Positions 15,105 to 24,240 of a stretch of 27,166 nt of DNA are shown in pieces. Source of the DNA: a virus (taxonomy: Duplodnaviria > Caudoviricetes); the IMG/VR virus record IMGVR_UViG_3300002301_000053, positions 1-27,166 of that record. The stretch is one strand, 5' to 3'. The notes below the pieces were generated by a model. That model saw nothing but the letters and a program-made list of their open reading frames with translations. It ran no database searches and was not told where the DNA came from. A program made the position numbers and the translations under genes. Positions within the stretch are counted from its first letter, which is position 1; the number at the start of each line of letters is the position of its first letter.

Positions 15105-17159
15105 ATGGCAACCAAAAAATCACAAATCGTCCCGCTCGAAATAACTCCTGGTGTTCAACCGAATACCGACAGGACGCCATATAATACGCCGCATTATACA
15201 TTTGCGGACAAGGTGCGATTTTGGCGTGGTGTTCCGCAGAAGATTGGCGGTTGGCAGCAATTCCAATTTGAGAATGGTGCAACGCTGGATGGCGTTGCGC
15301 GAACGCTTTACAGCGCTGTTATTGCCAATACAGCGACGACGATTATAGGCACGAGTTGGGGGCTTTACGCTTTATTCGGGCAAGTTTTGACGAATATAAC
15401 CCCGCTTAATACGAGCACAACAGCAATTTCAGCGTCTCTATCAACCGATTACGCCACACTTGGCAGCAATCCGATTGCAACGCAAAACGGTACTGGATAT
15501 CTCACAATCACGGATAGCAATTATGCCGCTTATCAAATAGGTGATGATTATACGCTTTCAGGAGCGACGACGACGAATGGCATAACCAATACGATCATCA
15601 ATGCACAGCATATCATACGGTCTATCGGAACCGGCACGGTAACGGTTTTGACGGGGGGAACGGCAACAAGCACGGGTTCAGGAGGCGGTGCTTCAGTTGT
15701 GCGATCAACGGGACTTGTGACTGTTGCCGCAACCGCCCACGGCCAGCCCAATGGCAATAGAACAAAAATTGCCAGTGCAACAGCCTTCGGCGGAATTACG
15801 ACAGGCCAGATAAATGCTGAATTTATTGTGCGTGGCAGCACGACAAATACATTTCAGGTAATGACAACCGGAACGGCAACTTCTCATGTTACGGCGGCAG
15901 GTGGAACCGGCACAACTTATCAAACCCAACTCGTAGCCGGAAATGTCGATCAGTCTTTTGGTATCGGATATGGTCTTGGGCTTTATGGTGCGGGATTATA
16001 TGGAACATCCAAGATGTCGGGATCAGGAATTACTTATCCGCAAATCTGGTTCATGGATAGGTTTGGAGATAAAGTCATTATGACGCCGGGAAATCAACTT
16101 GGCATCTATGTATGGGACGGAAATACGGCAGTAGCCCCGACGCTGCTTACAAATGCACCGACTGCGATAAATTATCTTTTTGTTTCGGACAACATTCTAA
16201 TTACATTCGGATATGAAAATGTAAATAACCAGATTTTTACCTCGGATATTGACGATCCGACAAACTGGACGGCCAGCAATGATAATCAGGTATTTCAGGA
16301 TGTAATTTATGGAGCCGCACAACTTGTTTCCAACATTCCTGTTTTGGGAATAAATCTGCTTTTTACGAATTTTCAAACCTACACATTCTCTTACACGAGC
16401 TTACCGGGCATATGGAATATCCAACTTCTCGATAATTCCATAGGCATTATTGCTTCGATGGCGCGTTGTTCGGTAAATAATGTTGCTTACTGGATGGGAC
16501 AGAATAATTTTTACTATTGGGCTGGCGGTAATGTGAGCATTATTCCTGCTAATTCACAGGATCAATGCACGATGCTCAATTATGTTTTCGGAAATCTGAA
16601 CACGGGACAGATCAGCAAAGCCTATGCGTGGTATAATCCTAAGTTTAACGAGGTATGGTTTCATTATCCGAGCGCAAATAGCGATGAATGCGATATGGTG
16701 GCTCGCGTTACCCTCGATGACATGGTGTGGTCGCCGGATACGCTTGAAAGAACCTGCGCCGAATATCCCCAAAATCTGTTCAATAATCCTCGTCTTATCG
16801 ACTGGACAGGAAATCTATGGACGCATGAATTAGGCACAGATGCGGGAGCAAATTCGCTTCCTTTTACGTTGACGAGCAATCTTCGCACAGGCGGAAAAGA
16901 TACGGCGCTTCTGTCCGGGTTTGTGCCAGATAGCTTGCAAGCAAGCGATATAAATGTAACTTTAACGGCAGCGCTTTTCCCTCAGACTTTCGGAACGCCT
17001 ACTTTTCAACAGACTTATGACATTGCCGATAATGCTCCTCGTGAAAATATCCAGATCGGCGGAAGGTTTTGGCAATATGAATGGCAAGGGGATTCCTTGG
17101 GCCAGAATTGGGTTATGGGAAGCTGGTTTGAACTTTTGCAAGATAGCGCGGCAAACTGA
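15105..17159 (+). CDS. Tail nozzle / tail tubular protein B-like (packaged-DNA stabilisation)
   Basis: DKVRFWRGVPQKIGGW N-terminus, beta-propeller-like repeats, YWMG and FNEVWFHYPS motifs. Syntenic position. Confidence 0.72.
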   Translation: MATKKSQIVPLEITPGVQPNTDRTPYNTPHYTFADKVRFWRGVPQKIGGWQQFQFENGATLDGVARTLYSAVIANTATTIIGTSWGLYALFGQVLTNITPLNTSTTAISASLSTDYATLGSNPIATQNGTGYLTITDSNYAAYQIGDDYTLSGATTTNGITNTIINAQHIIRSIGTGTVTVLTGGTATSTGSGGGASVVRSTGLVTVAATAHGQPNGNRTKIASATAFGGITTGQINAEFIVRGSTTNTFQVMTTGTATSHVTAAGGTGTTYQTQLVAGNVDQSFGIGYGLGLYGAGLYGTSKMSGSGITYPQIWFMDRFGDKVIMTPGNQLGIYVWDGNTAVAPTLLTNAPTAINYLFVSDNILITFGYENVNNQIFTSDIDDPTNWTASNDNQVFQDVIYGAAQLVSNIPVLGINLLFTNFQTYTFSYTSLPGIWNIQLLDNSIGIIASMARCSVNNVAYWMGQNNFYYWAGGNVSIIPANSQDQCTMLNYVFGNLNTGQISKAYAWYNPKFNEVWFHYPSANSDECDMVARVTLDDMVWSPDTLERTCAEYPQNLFNNPRLIDWTGNLWTHELGTDAGANSLPFTLTSNLRTGGKDTALLSGFVPDSLQASDINVTLTAALFPQTFGTPTFQQTYDIADNAPRENIQIGGRFWQYEWQGDSLGQNWVMGSWFELLQDSAAN

Positions 17160-17449
17160 TGCAAAAATATCCTCGAAACATCAAAGCGGATGCCACGGAT
17201 TGCGCGGATGCGATTAACAAGATTTCGCAATTGCGCGATCAGGATATTATCGACCGCAATAATTTTCCGTCGATATTTTTGAGTGGAAGGACAACCGGAC
17301 ACATTCCGTCATCGGCAACGGATATTTCCGCGACTGACCGGGTGGGGGACATGAGTTTCGCGACTGATGCGAGTTACGTCTATTTTTGTTGCGCGACGGG
17401 GGCGACTCCTCCGGTGGCATGGCGTCGTGTGGCTTTGGGGAGTTGGTGA
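17159..17449 (+). CDS. Small tail-associated protein (96 aa)
   Basis: TGATG coupling on both sides. C-terminal GDMSF..YVYFC..WRRVALGSW motif seen in phage structural proteins. Confidence 0.6.
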   Translation: MQKYPRNIKADATDCADAINKISQLRDQDIIDRNNFPSIFLSGRTTGHIPSSATDISATDRVGDMSFATDASYVYFCCATGATPPVAWRRVALGSW

Positions 17450-17910
17450 TGATTGAATGTCTCGTAGAGCCTTTATCTCATTTGCTTATGACCGGATTAA
17501 TCCAGTTGGCCCATGAGGCATGGCAAGCCACTAATTTTGCTCATGAACATCCTGGCATTCCTTATGGACCGGATTGGGAAATGTATCAAAATATGGAAAT
17601 GAATAATCGACTTCGATTTGTGGCAATGCGTGAAAATGGTAAGTTAATCGGGTATACTTCGATAGTATTAGATACGGACAGCCACAATGTGTTATTGTTG
17701 ACGGCGACTATTCGTGATATTTATGTTGTCAAAGAAAAGCGTGGGTACGCAGCTAAATTGGTAAGATTTACGGAAAGTCTGTTTCCCGTTCTCGGTGTGA
17801 AGCGGTCTTTGATTGGTGAAAGGGTTCAGGGAAATGTGAGTGCAGAAGCATTCTACAAAGCCCTTGGTTATGAATTAAGGGAAAAAATCTACGGAAAGAC
17901 GATCCACTGA
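17449..17910 (+). CDS. GNAT-family acetyltransferase-like protein
   Basis: GKLIGY, IYVVKEKRG (motif A-like) and FYKALGY. Start moved to ATG 17449 (TGATG overlap, GGAG SD). Confidence 0.78.
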   Translation: MIECLVEPLSHLLMTGLIQLAHEAWQATNFAHEHPGIPYGPDWEMYQNMEMNNRLRFVAMRENGKLIGYTSIVLDTDSHNVLLLTATIRDIYVVKEKRGYAAKLVRFTESLFPVLGVKRSLIGERVQGNVSAEAFYKALGYELREKIYGKTIH

Positions 17911-18848
17911 TGCTAAAACTCACTGAAAATGGCTATGAATATGTGGATACCCTGATTTGTTTTATCAGTGGCGGAGACACAAGTAGCAATCAATCTTCGC
18001 AATCAACAAGTGGATTCCAAGCACTTTCGCCGCAAATTCAACAAGTATTCAACACGCTTGCTCAACAATCCGGTAATTATTTACAGGGCGGTTCTCAGGC
18101 TTCACAACTTCCTTCAATGTATACTCCTGCACCTCTAACTTCTGGTGAAAATACGGCAATCAATACGGTTAATCAGGGATTTAATCCTACGGCTTCACAG
18201 CTTAATTCAAGCATTTCTGAGCAGATGAACCCCTATAATCAGGATGTTATTAACCAAATTAATCAAAATGCTTATGGTCAAAATAGTGTTTTGCAGGGAC
18301 AACTTGCTACACAAGGCCAGTTTGGGAGCAATCGGGCTGCTCTCGGAGCGAATGATATCGCCAATACTCAAGCGAGCGAAATTGGTTCATTGCTAAATCC
18401 TGAATATAATTCGGCTGTCACGAATGCCTTGACGACTATTCCGCAGTTGAATGCTCAAAGCGCACAATCTCAATTACAAACCGGCCAATTTCTGCAAGGG
18501 CAGACACAAGCCGCAAATCAGGCTCCGATTACAGGATTGCAAAGTCTTGCACAGATTCTTGGTGTTTTACCGACGAATAGCGGCCAAAGCACGAGCAGTG
18601 GAAGTTCCAACGGATTTAATTTTGGCCTATTTAGTTCGGACATTTCGCTCAAGGAAAATATCGTTCCATGTGGAACTGAGAATGGCTATAACATTTATGT
18701 CTTTAACTACAAAGGCGATCCTGAAAAATATATTGGGGTTATGGCGCATGAAGTCGCAAAGAAAATGCCCGAAGCCGTTATTGAGAACAACGGTCATAAG
18801 ATGGTGGATTATGGTAAAATCGGCGTTCGATTCAGGAGGGTTGCATGA
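17910..18848 (+). CDS. Putative ejection/pilot protein with C-terminal peptidase S74 (intramolecular chaperone) domain
   Basis: Q/N/S-rich helical body with MNPY and FGSNR motifs. C-terminal SDISLKENI..YVFNYK..IGVMAHEV..PEAV..VDY. Confidence 0.72.
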   Translation: MLKLTENGYEYVDTLICFISGGDTSSNQSSQSTSGFQALSPQIQQVFNTLAQQSGNYLQGGSQASQLPSMYTPAPLTSGENTAINTVNQGFNPTASQLNSSISEQMNPYNQDVINQINQNAYGQNSVLQGQLATQGQFGSNRAALGANDIANTQASEIGSLLNPEYNSAVTNALTTIPQLNAQSAQSQLQTGQFLQGQTQAANQAPITGLQSLAQILGVLPTNSGQSTSSGSSNGFNFGLFSSDISLKENIVPCGTENGYNIYVFNYKGDPEKYIGVMAHEVAKKMPEAVIENNGHKMVDYGKIGVRFRRVA

Positions 18849-19165
18849 CTTATCAAATGCCCCAACAAAGTTCCCTCCAACAACTTCTAACGCAAATTCT
18901 TCAACAAAGAAAGCAACAGGGTGCTGTTGACCCATCGGGACAGCAAAACATCATTCCTTCACAAACTAACCCTTCTCAAGGACAGACTAATCCACTTTCT
19001 CAAATTCAAGCATTCAGTCAAATTCTTGGATATAATCCTAGTTCTACTTTTGGATATAATCTTAATCCTTCAAACGATATAAATGCTCCTTCACAGAATC
19101 TCCAACAAAGCGGTGGATTTTTAGGAATGCTTGCTAACCTATTTGGACTTGGGGGAACATCGTGA
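18845..19165 (+). CDS. Gln-rich hypothetical protein (probable internal virion protein)
   Basis: AGGAGG SD, ATGA/GTGA couplings. Located among the ejection genes. Confidence 0.6.
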   Translation: MTYQMPQQSSLQQLLTQILQQRKQQGAVDPSGQQNIIPSQTNPSQGQTNPLSQIQAFSQILGYNPSSTFGYNLNPSNDINAPSQNLQQSGGFLGMLANLFGLGGTS

Positions 19166-20283
19166 GCCTTTCCGATCTCGTTAATATTATAGGTCAACAA
19201 AATACCTTATCTGGTATCCAGAAATGGGCGCAGGCTGCTGGTCAATCGGGACAACTCGATCCCAATACAGCGCAGTTATTTCAGGATTCTCCGCGTGTTG
19301 CCGAGCAAATGATGCCTGCACTTATCCAACGCCAGATGCAAATGCAAATGCTTGGAATTAACCCTCAACAAGGAAGTGCATCAAATCCGCAACTTTCTTC
19401 TCAAGGCGGCTCGGCTATTCAACAATATGCCGGAAGTGTTGGCGATCAGAATCCGAATGCTCCTATACCTCAAGGATTGCCTTCTCAAATGCCTCAAGGA
19501 GGCGCACAGCAGCCTCAAGGAGGTAATGCATTGGATCAGGTAAGGCAAGCCTTTGCCCTTGGAAACGGCAATATAGAGGCTGGCATGAAAGCATTACAGG
19601 CTCAAAAAGCACTTCAAATCCCTCCTGGAACAGGTCCAATTCCTCCTGGACAACAATATCAAAATGGCAAACTTGTGAATCTTCCGGGTGCAATGACTCC
19701 CGGACAGCAAGATAGAGATAAAGATTTTGCCGATATTTATACGCCTTTCAAAAATAGTGGGGGACAGCAAACAGCATCATCCAATTTGAACGCCATTCAA
19801 GGCGTCATCGACAAACTTAATAATGGCTCTCTTACCACGGGAGGCCCCCTAGATAGATTTACATTCGATGGTGAAGGAAATCCTACAGACATGGGGCGAG
19901 CTTTTAATCCCGAACTTTTAGCTGCCAATCAACAAGTGATGAAAGCCGTCCTTCCTTCCTCAAAGGCACTTTTTGGTGCTCGCGTTACTCAAAAAGAAGT
20001 TGCAATGAATTTGATGGCGAATGGTCTTTCGCCTTATGCACCTGTTGCACAAAATATCCAAAACTTAATTACGCTTAAAAATAATCTTGCGACCGCTCAA
20101 CAGGCTACCGCGCAGGCGGGGCAGTATTTCGATAAGAACGGTACGCTTGCCGGTTATCAGGCTCCTGTTCCTGGTATTGATCCAGTGGCTACACCATCTA
20201 ATCCGCAAGGAGCGACAAATCAGCCAACTCCACAACTTTTAGATGCCCTAAAGAAACGGGGGTTGTTGAAAAATGGCGGTTGA
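19162..20283 (+). CDS. Putative internal virion (ejection) protein
   Basis: Q/G/P-rich, 373 aa, directly upstream of the SLT-bearing protein. Confidence 0.6.
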   Translation: MSLSDLVNIIGQQNTLSGIQKWAQAAGQSGQLDPNTAQLFQDSPRVAEQMMPALIQRQMQMQMLGINPQQGSASNPQLSSQGGSAIQQYAGSVGDQNPNAPIPQGLPSQMPQGGAQQPQGGNALDQVRQAFALGNGNIEAGMKALQAQKALQIPPGTGPIPPGQQYQNGKLVNLPGAMTPGQQDRDKDFADIYTPFKNSGGQQTASSNLNAIQGVIDKLNNGSLTTGGPLDRFTFDGEGNPTDMGRAFNPELLAANQQVMKAVLPSSKALFGARVTQKEVAMNLMANGLSPYAPVAQNIQNLITLKNNLATAQQATAQAGQYFDKNGTLAGYQAPVPGIDPVATPSNPQGATNQPTPQLLDALKKRGLLKNGG

Positions 20284-22852
20284 TCTTTCAGAGCTTGAGC
20301 AGCATTTCGGGCTTCCTCCTGGGTTGCTTTCCGCGCAAATCCAGACTGAAAGTGGCGGCGATCCGAACGCCGTTTCACCAGCAGGCGCGGTAGGATTGGC
20401 TCAATTTATGCCAGCAACGGCGGCACAGTTAGGCATTGATCCTACCGACCCGGATCAATCTAAAGTCGGCATGGCGATGTATGATGCTCAAAATCTGCAA
20501 AAATTCGGCGGCGATGTTCCCTCGGCGCTTGCCGCATATAATTGGGGTCCAGGTGCTGTTGCCAAAAACGGCATTCAAAATGCACCGCCTGAAACGCAGA
20601 ATTATGTTTCCAAGATCATGGGAATGCTGAACCCGGTTGGAACTGCAAATGCAGCGGAAGTCAATCCTTACGATAATATGTCGGATGATGATCTGATAGC
20701 AGAAGCAAAAAAACAGGGCATTCCTATCAATGATATGAGCGCCGATGTAGGAGCATCTTCTAATCTTCCACCTGACCAACAAGTTAATTCTGGGGCAATA
20801 ACTCCGCTACAATATGGAAGCAAGCCTTTGGCTCAACAGGTCGGCACGGATATTTTTGAGACAGACCATCCGCAAGCACAACCTACTGCATCTAATGAAT
20901 ATGATAATTTATCTGACGAACAATTAATTGCGGAGGCAAAAAAACAGGGTATTCCAACTCTTTCTCCTCAAGAGGTAATGAATAAAAAAGCTCAAACTTC
21001 TGTTGCTACTTCACTTCCAGCACAATTAACGGCGTATGGCGCGAATGCAATGCACGCCATTTCCAATGTCATTCCTGGACTTCCTCAAGCTGGTTCGGCC
21101 ATAGCAGCTGCCGCAGGATACGGAAAAGGAAAGAGTTTTGGCGAAAGGTATAACGATCTTGAAGCGTCTCAAAAGGCTATGCGTCAAGCTGGAGAAGAAA
21201 ACAATCCTGGAGCCACGGCATTAGGGCAATTATCAGGAAATGTTCTGGGTGCTGGCTTAGCCGGTGGTTTAATGGAGAACTTAACTCCTAATGCACTGGC
21301 TCAATTTGAAACATATGCTGCTGCTAACCCGTTAAAGGCATCAGCACTTTCCGGTGCCGGATATGGTGCACTGTATGGATTTAATCAAGGTGAGGATACC
21401 AGTTCTCGCTTAAAAGGCGCTGCTGAAGATAGCGCATTAACTGCATTGGCTAGTCCCCCTATTGCACTTGCGATGAGATATATTGGTGCTCCAATAGCAT
21501 CGAAACTTGGTGAGTATGGGGGAAGCGCTTTGTCTAAATTGGCTGATTATATTGGTTCTAAAGGTGCTGATGATGGACTAGGTGCAGCATCTTCTGATAT
21601 AAGTGGAGAGGCACCTTCTATGGCCCAACCTCTTGAAACCGATGTCTCAAAAATTGATCCTAATACACCGATCAAACAATATGAAAATCTCACGCCGGAT
21701 ATTGAGAAAGAGCAGGGAATTTCGGGTGATGAAGTCACCAAATCTCAAGTTAATAAACTTCAAGGAATAACTCAGGAAATTGCACACATTAAATCCCTAA
21801 ATGATAATAGCGCGGCGGGTCAGGCACGTTTGGCTCAACTTGAAGATGACGCTTCTTACTGGCGTGATCAGCTTGGCTTAAATGGTAAGCCTGAACCTGT
21901 ACCGGCTGGACCGGGGCCTGGCTATGAGGAAAGCCAAGGCGCCCAAGCTAAAGCCTCTCCTGTATCGACCTCAACTCCTATTGCAGCGGCTCCTGCACAA
22001 GGTGGAACAGTCGGTGGTATCATTAAAAACATTGCTTCAAAACCGGATGAGACAACAAACCCCGTTTCCAACGAGTCAGATATAGCGTCTAAAGTTGCCG
22101 CTCAATTTTACCAAAAAGCACAAAACAGCGGAGAGGTTCTTCCTGCTTCGTTCACCAATCAATTGGTCTCAAAAGCCGAAACTATGGCACCACAAACGTT
22201 GGCCGGTAAGTTAACGACTGGCTCATCACCTTTGGAGGATTTAGTTAGCCGTTGGCAGGCCTTGAAAGATAAGCCATTAGACATGCAGTCTGTTCAAGAA
22301 ATGGATGAAGGTCTTGGAAATCTAATCGACAAAGAATACACCAATGGAAAAATATCAAAGCAAGGTAAGCAATTACTTGATTTACAGCATACCTTCCGTG
22401 ACATGATTGATCAGACCGGAAGCCAAGCTGGTGAGAACTTCTCAAATGCTCGCCTTGCATGGAAACAGGCCATGAAGTTGCGCGACCTTGAGCGCATCAG
22501 GGACCGTGCTGAATTGGCTGACAATCCAGCTACCATGATTAAGTCAGGTATTCGTACCCTTTTGAGCAATCCTAATAAATCCCGTTGGTATAGTGCTGAT
22601 GAAATTACTGCTCTTAAACAAGCCGCAGATCGTGGGGTTCTTGGAAGTGTCGCCCATGTCTTTGGTTTCCGTGCACTACCCTATGTAACGGGAATGATGG
22701 GAGAATTAGTGGGGGGACCACTTGGCGCTGGCATAGGTGCTGGATTAGGACAGGTCGGATCTGCAACCATGAGAAAAGTAGGAACGGGAATACAGAGTGG
22801 GAGATTGGCACAAGCCGAAAAATTTATCGCGTCAAAAGTGCCAAAGCCATGA
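20273..22852 (+). CDS. Internal virion protein with N-terminal lytic transglycosylase (SLT) domain
   Basis: TESGG catalytic Glu, GAVGLAQFMPATA, ALAAYNWG and ETQNYV motifs, followed by a long Ala/Gly-rich ejection-protein body. Confidence 0.85.
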   Translation: MAVDLSELEQHFGLPPGLLSAQIQTESGGDPNAVSPAGAVGLAQFMPATAAQLGIDPTDPDQSKVGMAMYDAQNLQKFGGDVPSALAAYNWGPGAVAKNGIQNAPPETQNYVSKIMGMLNPVGTANAAEVNPYDNMSDDDLIAEAKKQGIPINDMSADVGASSNLPPDQQVNSGAITPLQYGSKPLAQQVGTDIFETDHPQAQPTASNEYDNLSDEQLIAEAKKQGIPTLSPQEVMNKKAQTSVATSLPAQLTAYGANAMHAISNVIPGLPQAGSAIAAAAGYGKGKSFGERYNDLEASQKAMRQAGEENNPGATALGQLSGNVLGAGLAGGLMENLTPNALAQFETYAAANPLKASALSGAGYGALYGFNQGEDTSSRLKGAAEDSALTALASPPIALAMRYIGAPIASKLGEYGGSALSKLADYIGSKGADDGLGAASSDISGEAPSMAQPLETDVSKIDPNTPIKQYENLTPDIEKEQGISGDEVTKSQVNKLQGITQEIAHIKSLNDNSAAGQARLAQLEDDASYWRDQLGLNGKPEPVPAGPGPGYEESQGAQAKASPVSTSTPIAAAPAQGGTVGGIIKNIASKPDETTNPVSNESDIASKVAAQFYQKAQNSGEVLPASFTNQLVSKAETMAPQTLAGKLTTGSSPLEDLVSRWQALKDKPLDMQSVQEMDEGLGNLIDKEYTNGKISKQGKQLLDLQHTFRDMIDQTGSQAGENFSNARLAWKQAMKLRDLERIRDRAELADNPATMIKSGIRTLLSNPNKSRWYSADEITALKQAADRGVLGSVAHVFGFRALPYVTGMMGELVGGPLGAGIGAGLGQVGSATMRKVGTGIQSGRLAQAEKFIASKVPKP

Positions 22853-22856
22853 AAAT

Positions 22857-22994
22857 TCAATCCATCCATTCAGGCGGAATATATCCCGTTTTTTCCCAGT
22901 ACTTCATCTTTCTTTCCTCTTTTGTGTCGTGCTCTATAGCGTCAAGAACGCCAATAACGAGATATATAATGATAAGTGCACCGATGATCTCCAT
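22857..22994 (-). CDS. Small single-pass membrane protein (45 aa), antisense to the late operon; not in ORF track
   Basis: MEIIGALIIIYLVIGVLDAIEHDTKEERKMKYWEKTGYIPPEWMD exactly fills the gap between two + strand genes and has its own promoter. Confidence 0.6.
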   Translation of the reverse strand: MEIIGALIIIYLVIGVLDAIEHDTKEERKMKYWEKTGYIPPEWMD

Positions 22995-23000
22995 TTCTTT

Positions 23001-23029
23001 ACCATACACCTTTAACCTTCAGGGAGCAA
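23001..23029 (-). promoter_or_regulatory. Putative sigma70 promoter giving a leaderless mRNA for 22857..22994
   Basis: Minus strand TTGCTC-N17-TATGGT, then 6 nt, then the ATG. Confidence 0.5.
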
Positions 23030-23032
23030 CAC

Positions 23033-23371
23033 ATGGCTAAGTTTACGACTACTCTTGCAGCCGATAGCACAGGAAAATACGTCTGTGACGTTAAAAAGTC
23101 CCGCGAATACCGCAATTGGTTTGCGACGGTGGGAGCACAAGGAACTTGGGGAAGCGGGACACTCACTTGGTTTTTTTCGATAGATCAAGGAGTTACGCTT
23201 ATTCCCATCAAGGATGTAACTGATACGGCTATTTCCCAAACGGCAAATGGAGGGGTAAATATCGAGCTTGGTTCAGGGAACACCAATAAAGATAATCCTC
23301 AAATTTGGGTCAAACTTTCCGGCTCGACAAGTCCTAGTCTTTTGATCTTCGTTCTCGATAACCGCAGTTAG
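23033..23371 (+). CDS. Hypothetical beta-rich protein (112 aa), probable virion accessory
   Basis: GGGAG SD, alternating beta-strand pattern. Confidence 0.65.
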   Translation: MAKFTTTLAADSTGKYVCDVKKSREYRNWFATVGAQGTWGSGTLTWFFSIDQGVTLIPIKDVTDTAISQTANGGVNIELGSGNTNKDNPQIWVKLSGSTSPSLLIFVLDNRS

Positions 23372-23380
23372 GAGGAAACA

Positions 23381-23914
23381 ATGTCAACCGCTCTAAGAAT
23401 TGGAAATAGCAAAGACGCCGTAATGCAGGGGATGAAACTCTTGCATTCAATTCTGGATGTTTTAACACAACCAGACGCCAAGAAAATTCTGGGCGAAGCA
23501 ATTTCGATGACGGAAGAAGAAATCCAGAAAGCAAACGATGCGCGGAGTTACATCGAACAAGCTGCTCGTCTTCGGGATGAAATCACGAAAGATCAGATTG
23601 CATCTGAACAGTCTAAGGTTGAGGCATCAAAAATGATGCAGGATGCTAAAACAGCTTCCGCACAAGCCAAGTCTGCGCTTGTGAACGCTGAAAACCGTTC
23701 ACAGGAAATCGCCCGTAAACACGCAGATAAAGACCGTATTCATTCAGAGAAAGATGCGGCGCAAAATGCAGAAGATCAGCGCCTTTCTGAATTGAACGCG
23801 GCCTTATCGGCACAGAAAGAAAAGCAGACCGCCCGTCAAATTCAGCTTGATGAACAGACTGAAAAACTTCGTAGCAAAGCGGCAGCAGCAGCACAAATTA
23901 TGCACGGTGTCTAA
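23381..23914 (+). CDS. Coiled-coil protein (177 aa)
   Basis: AGGAGG SD, long A/E/K/Q heptad region, TAATG coupling to the next gene. Confidence 0.7.
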   Translation: MSTALRIGNSKDAVMQGMKLLHSILDVLTQPDAKKILGEAISMTEEEIQKANDARSYIEQAARLRDEITKDQIASEQSKVEASKMMQDAKTASAQAKSALVNAENRSQEIARKHADKDRIHSEKDAAQNAEDQRLSELNAALSAQKEKQTARQIQLDEQTEKLRSKAAAAAQIMHGV

Positions 23915-24240
23915 TGGGTGTTACTGGCCTTGATGTTATCAATAGGATTACCGTCAACAATCTTTCCAATAATGTGACGGTAACTGGTTCCTATAATATC
24001 AAGGCTACGGATAATAATGTGTATGTTAACAATACAAGCGGCGCGAGCGTGACAATGACACTTCCTAGTCCTCCGGCAGCCAATCAAGAACTTTGGATCA
24101 AGGATATAGCCGGAAATGCAGCGGTCTATAACATCACAATTTCAGGAACGATTGATGGAATGAGTAATCCAGTTATCGGCTCTGATTATGGTGGTGTTTT
24201 GATTAAATGGAATGGTTCATCATGGTCACAAAAAGCTTAA
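23914..24240 (+). CDS. Stand-alone tail-fibre adaptor-like module (108 aa)
   Basis: VTMTLPSP..LWIKDIAGNA..ITISGTIDG..W, the same module seen inside 14241..15104. Confidence 0.65.
   Translation: MGVTGLDVINRITVNNLSNNVTVTGSYNIKATDNNVYVNNTSGASVTMTLPSPPAANQELWIKDIAGNAAVYNITISGTIDGMSNPVIGSDYGGVLIKWNGSSWSQKA

Noticed and set aside
18451-18935. Long alternative-frame ORFs 18451..18930 (+) and 18627..18935 (-)
   Set aside because: They lie across a gene with a clear S74 domain and have no SD or motif.
22797-23040. + strand ORFs 22797..23015 and 22849..23040
   Set aside because: Their sequences are not protein-like and they overlap neighbours. The minus-strand 45 aa membrane ORF with a matching promoter explains the gap better, although 22849 does have an ATGA overlap and cannot be fully excluded.
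24226-24240. Possible -1 frameshift at CAA AAA G fusing the 108 aa module to the spike ORF
   Set aside because: The frames are compatible, but the site is not a full X XXY YYZ heptamer, no downstream stimulator is evident, and a fusion would internalise the hydrophobic signal segment.
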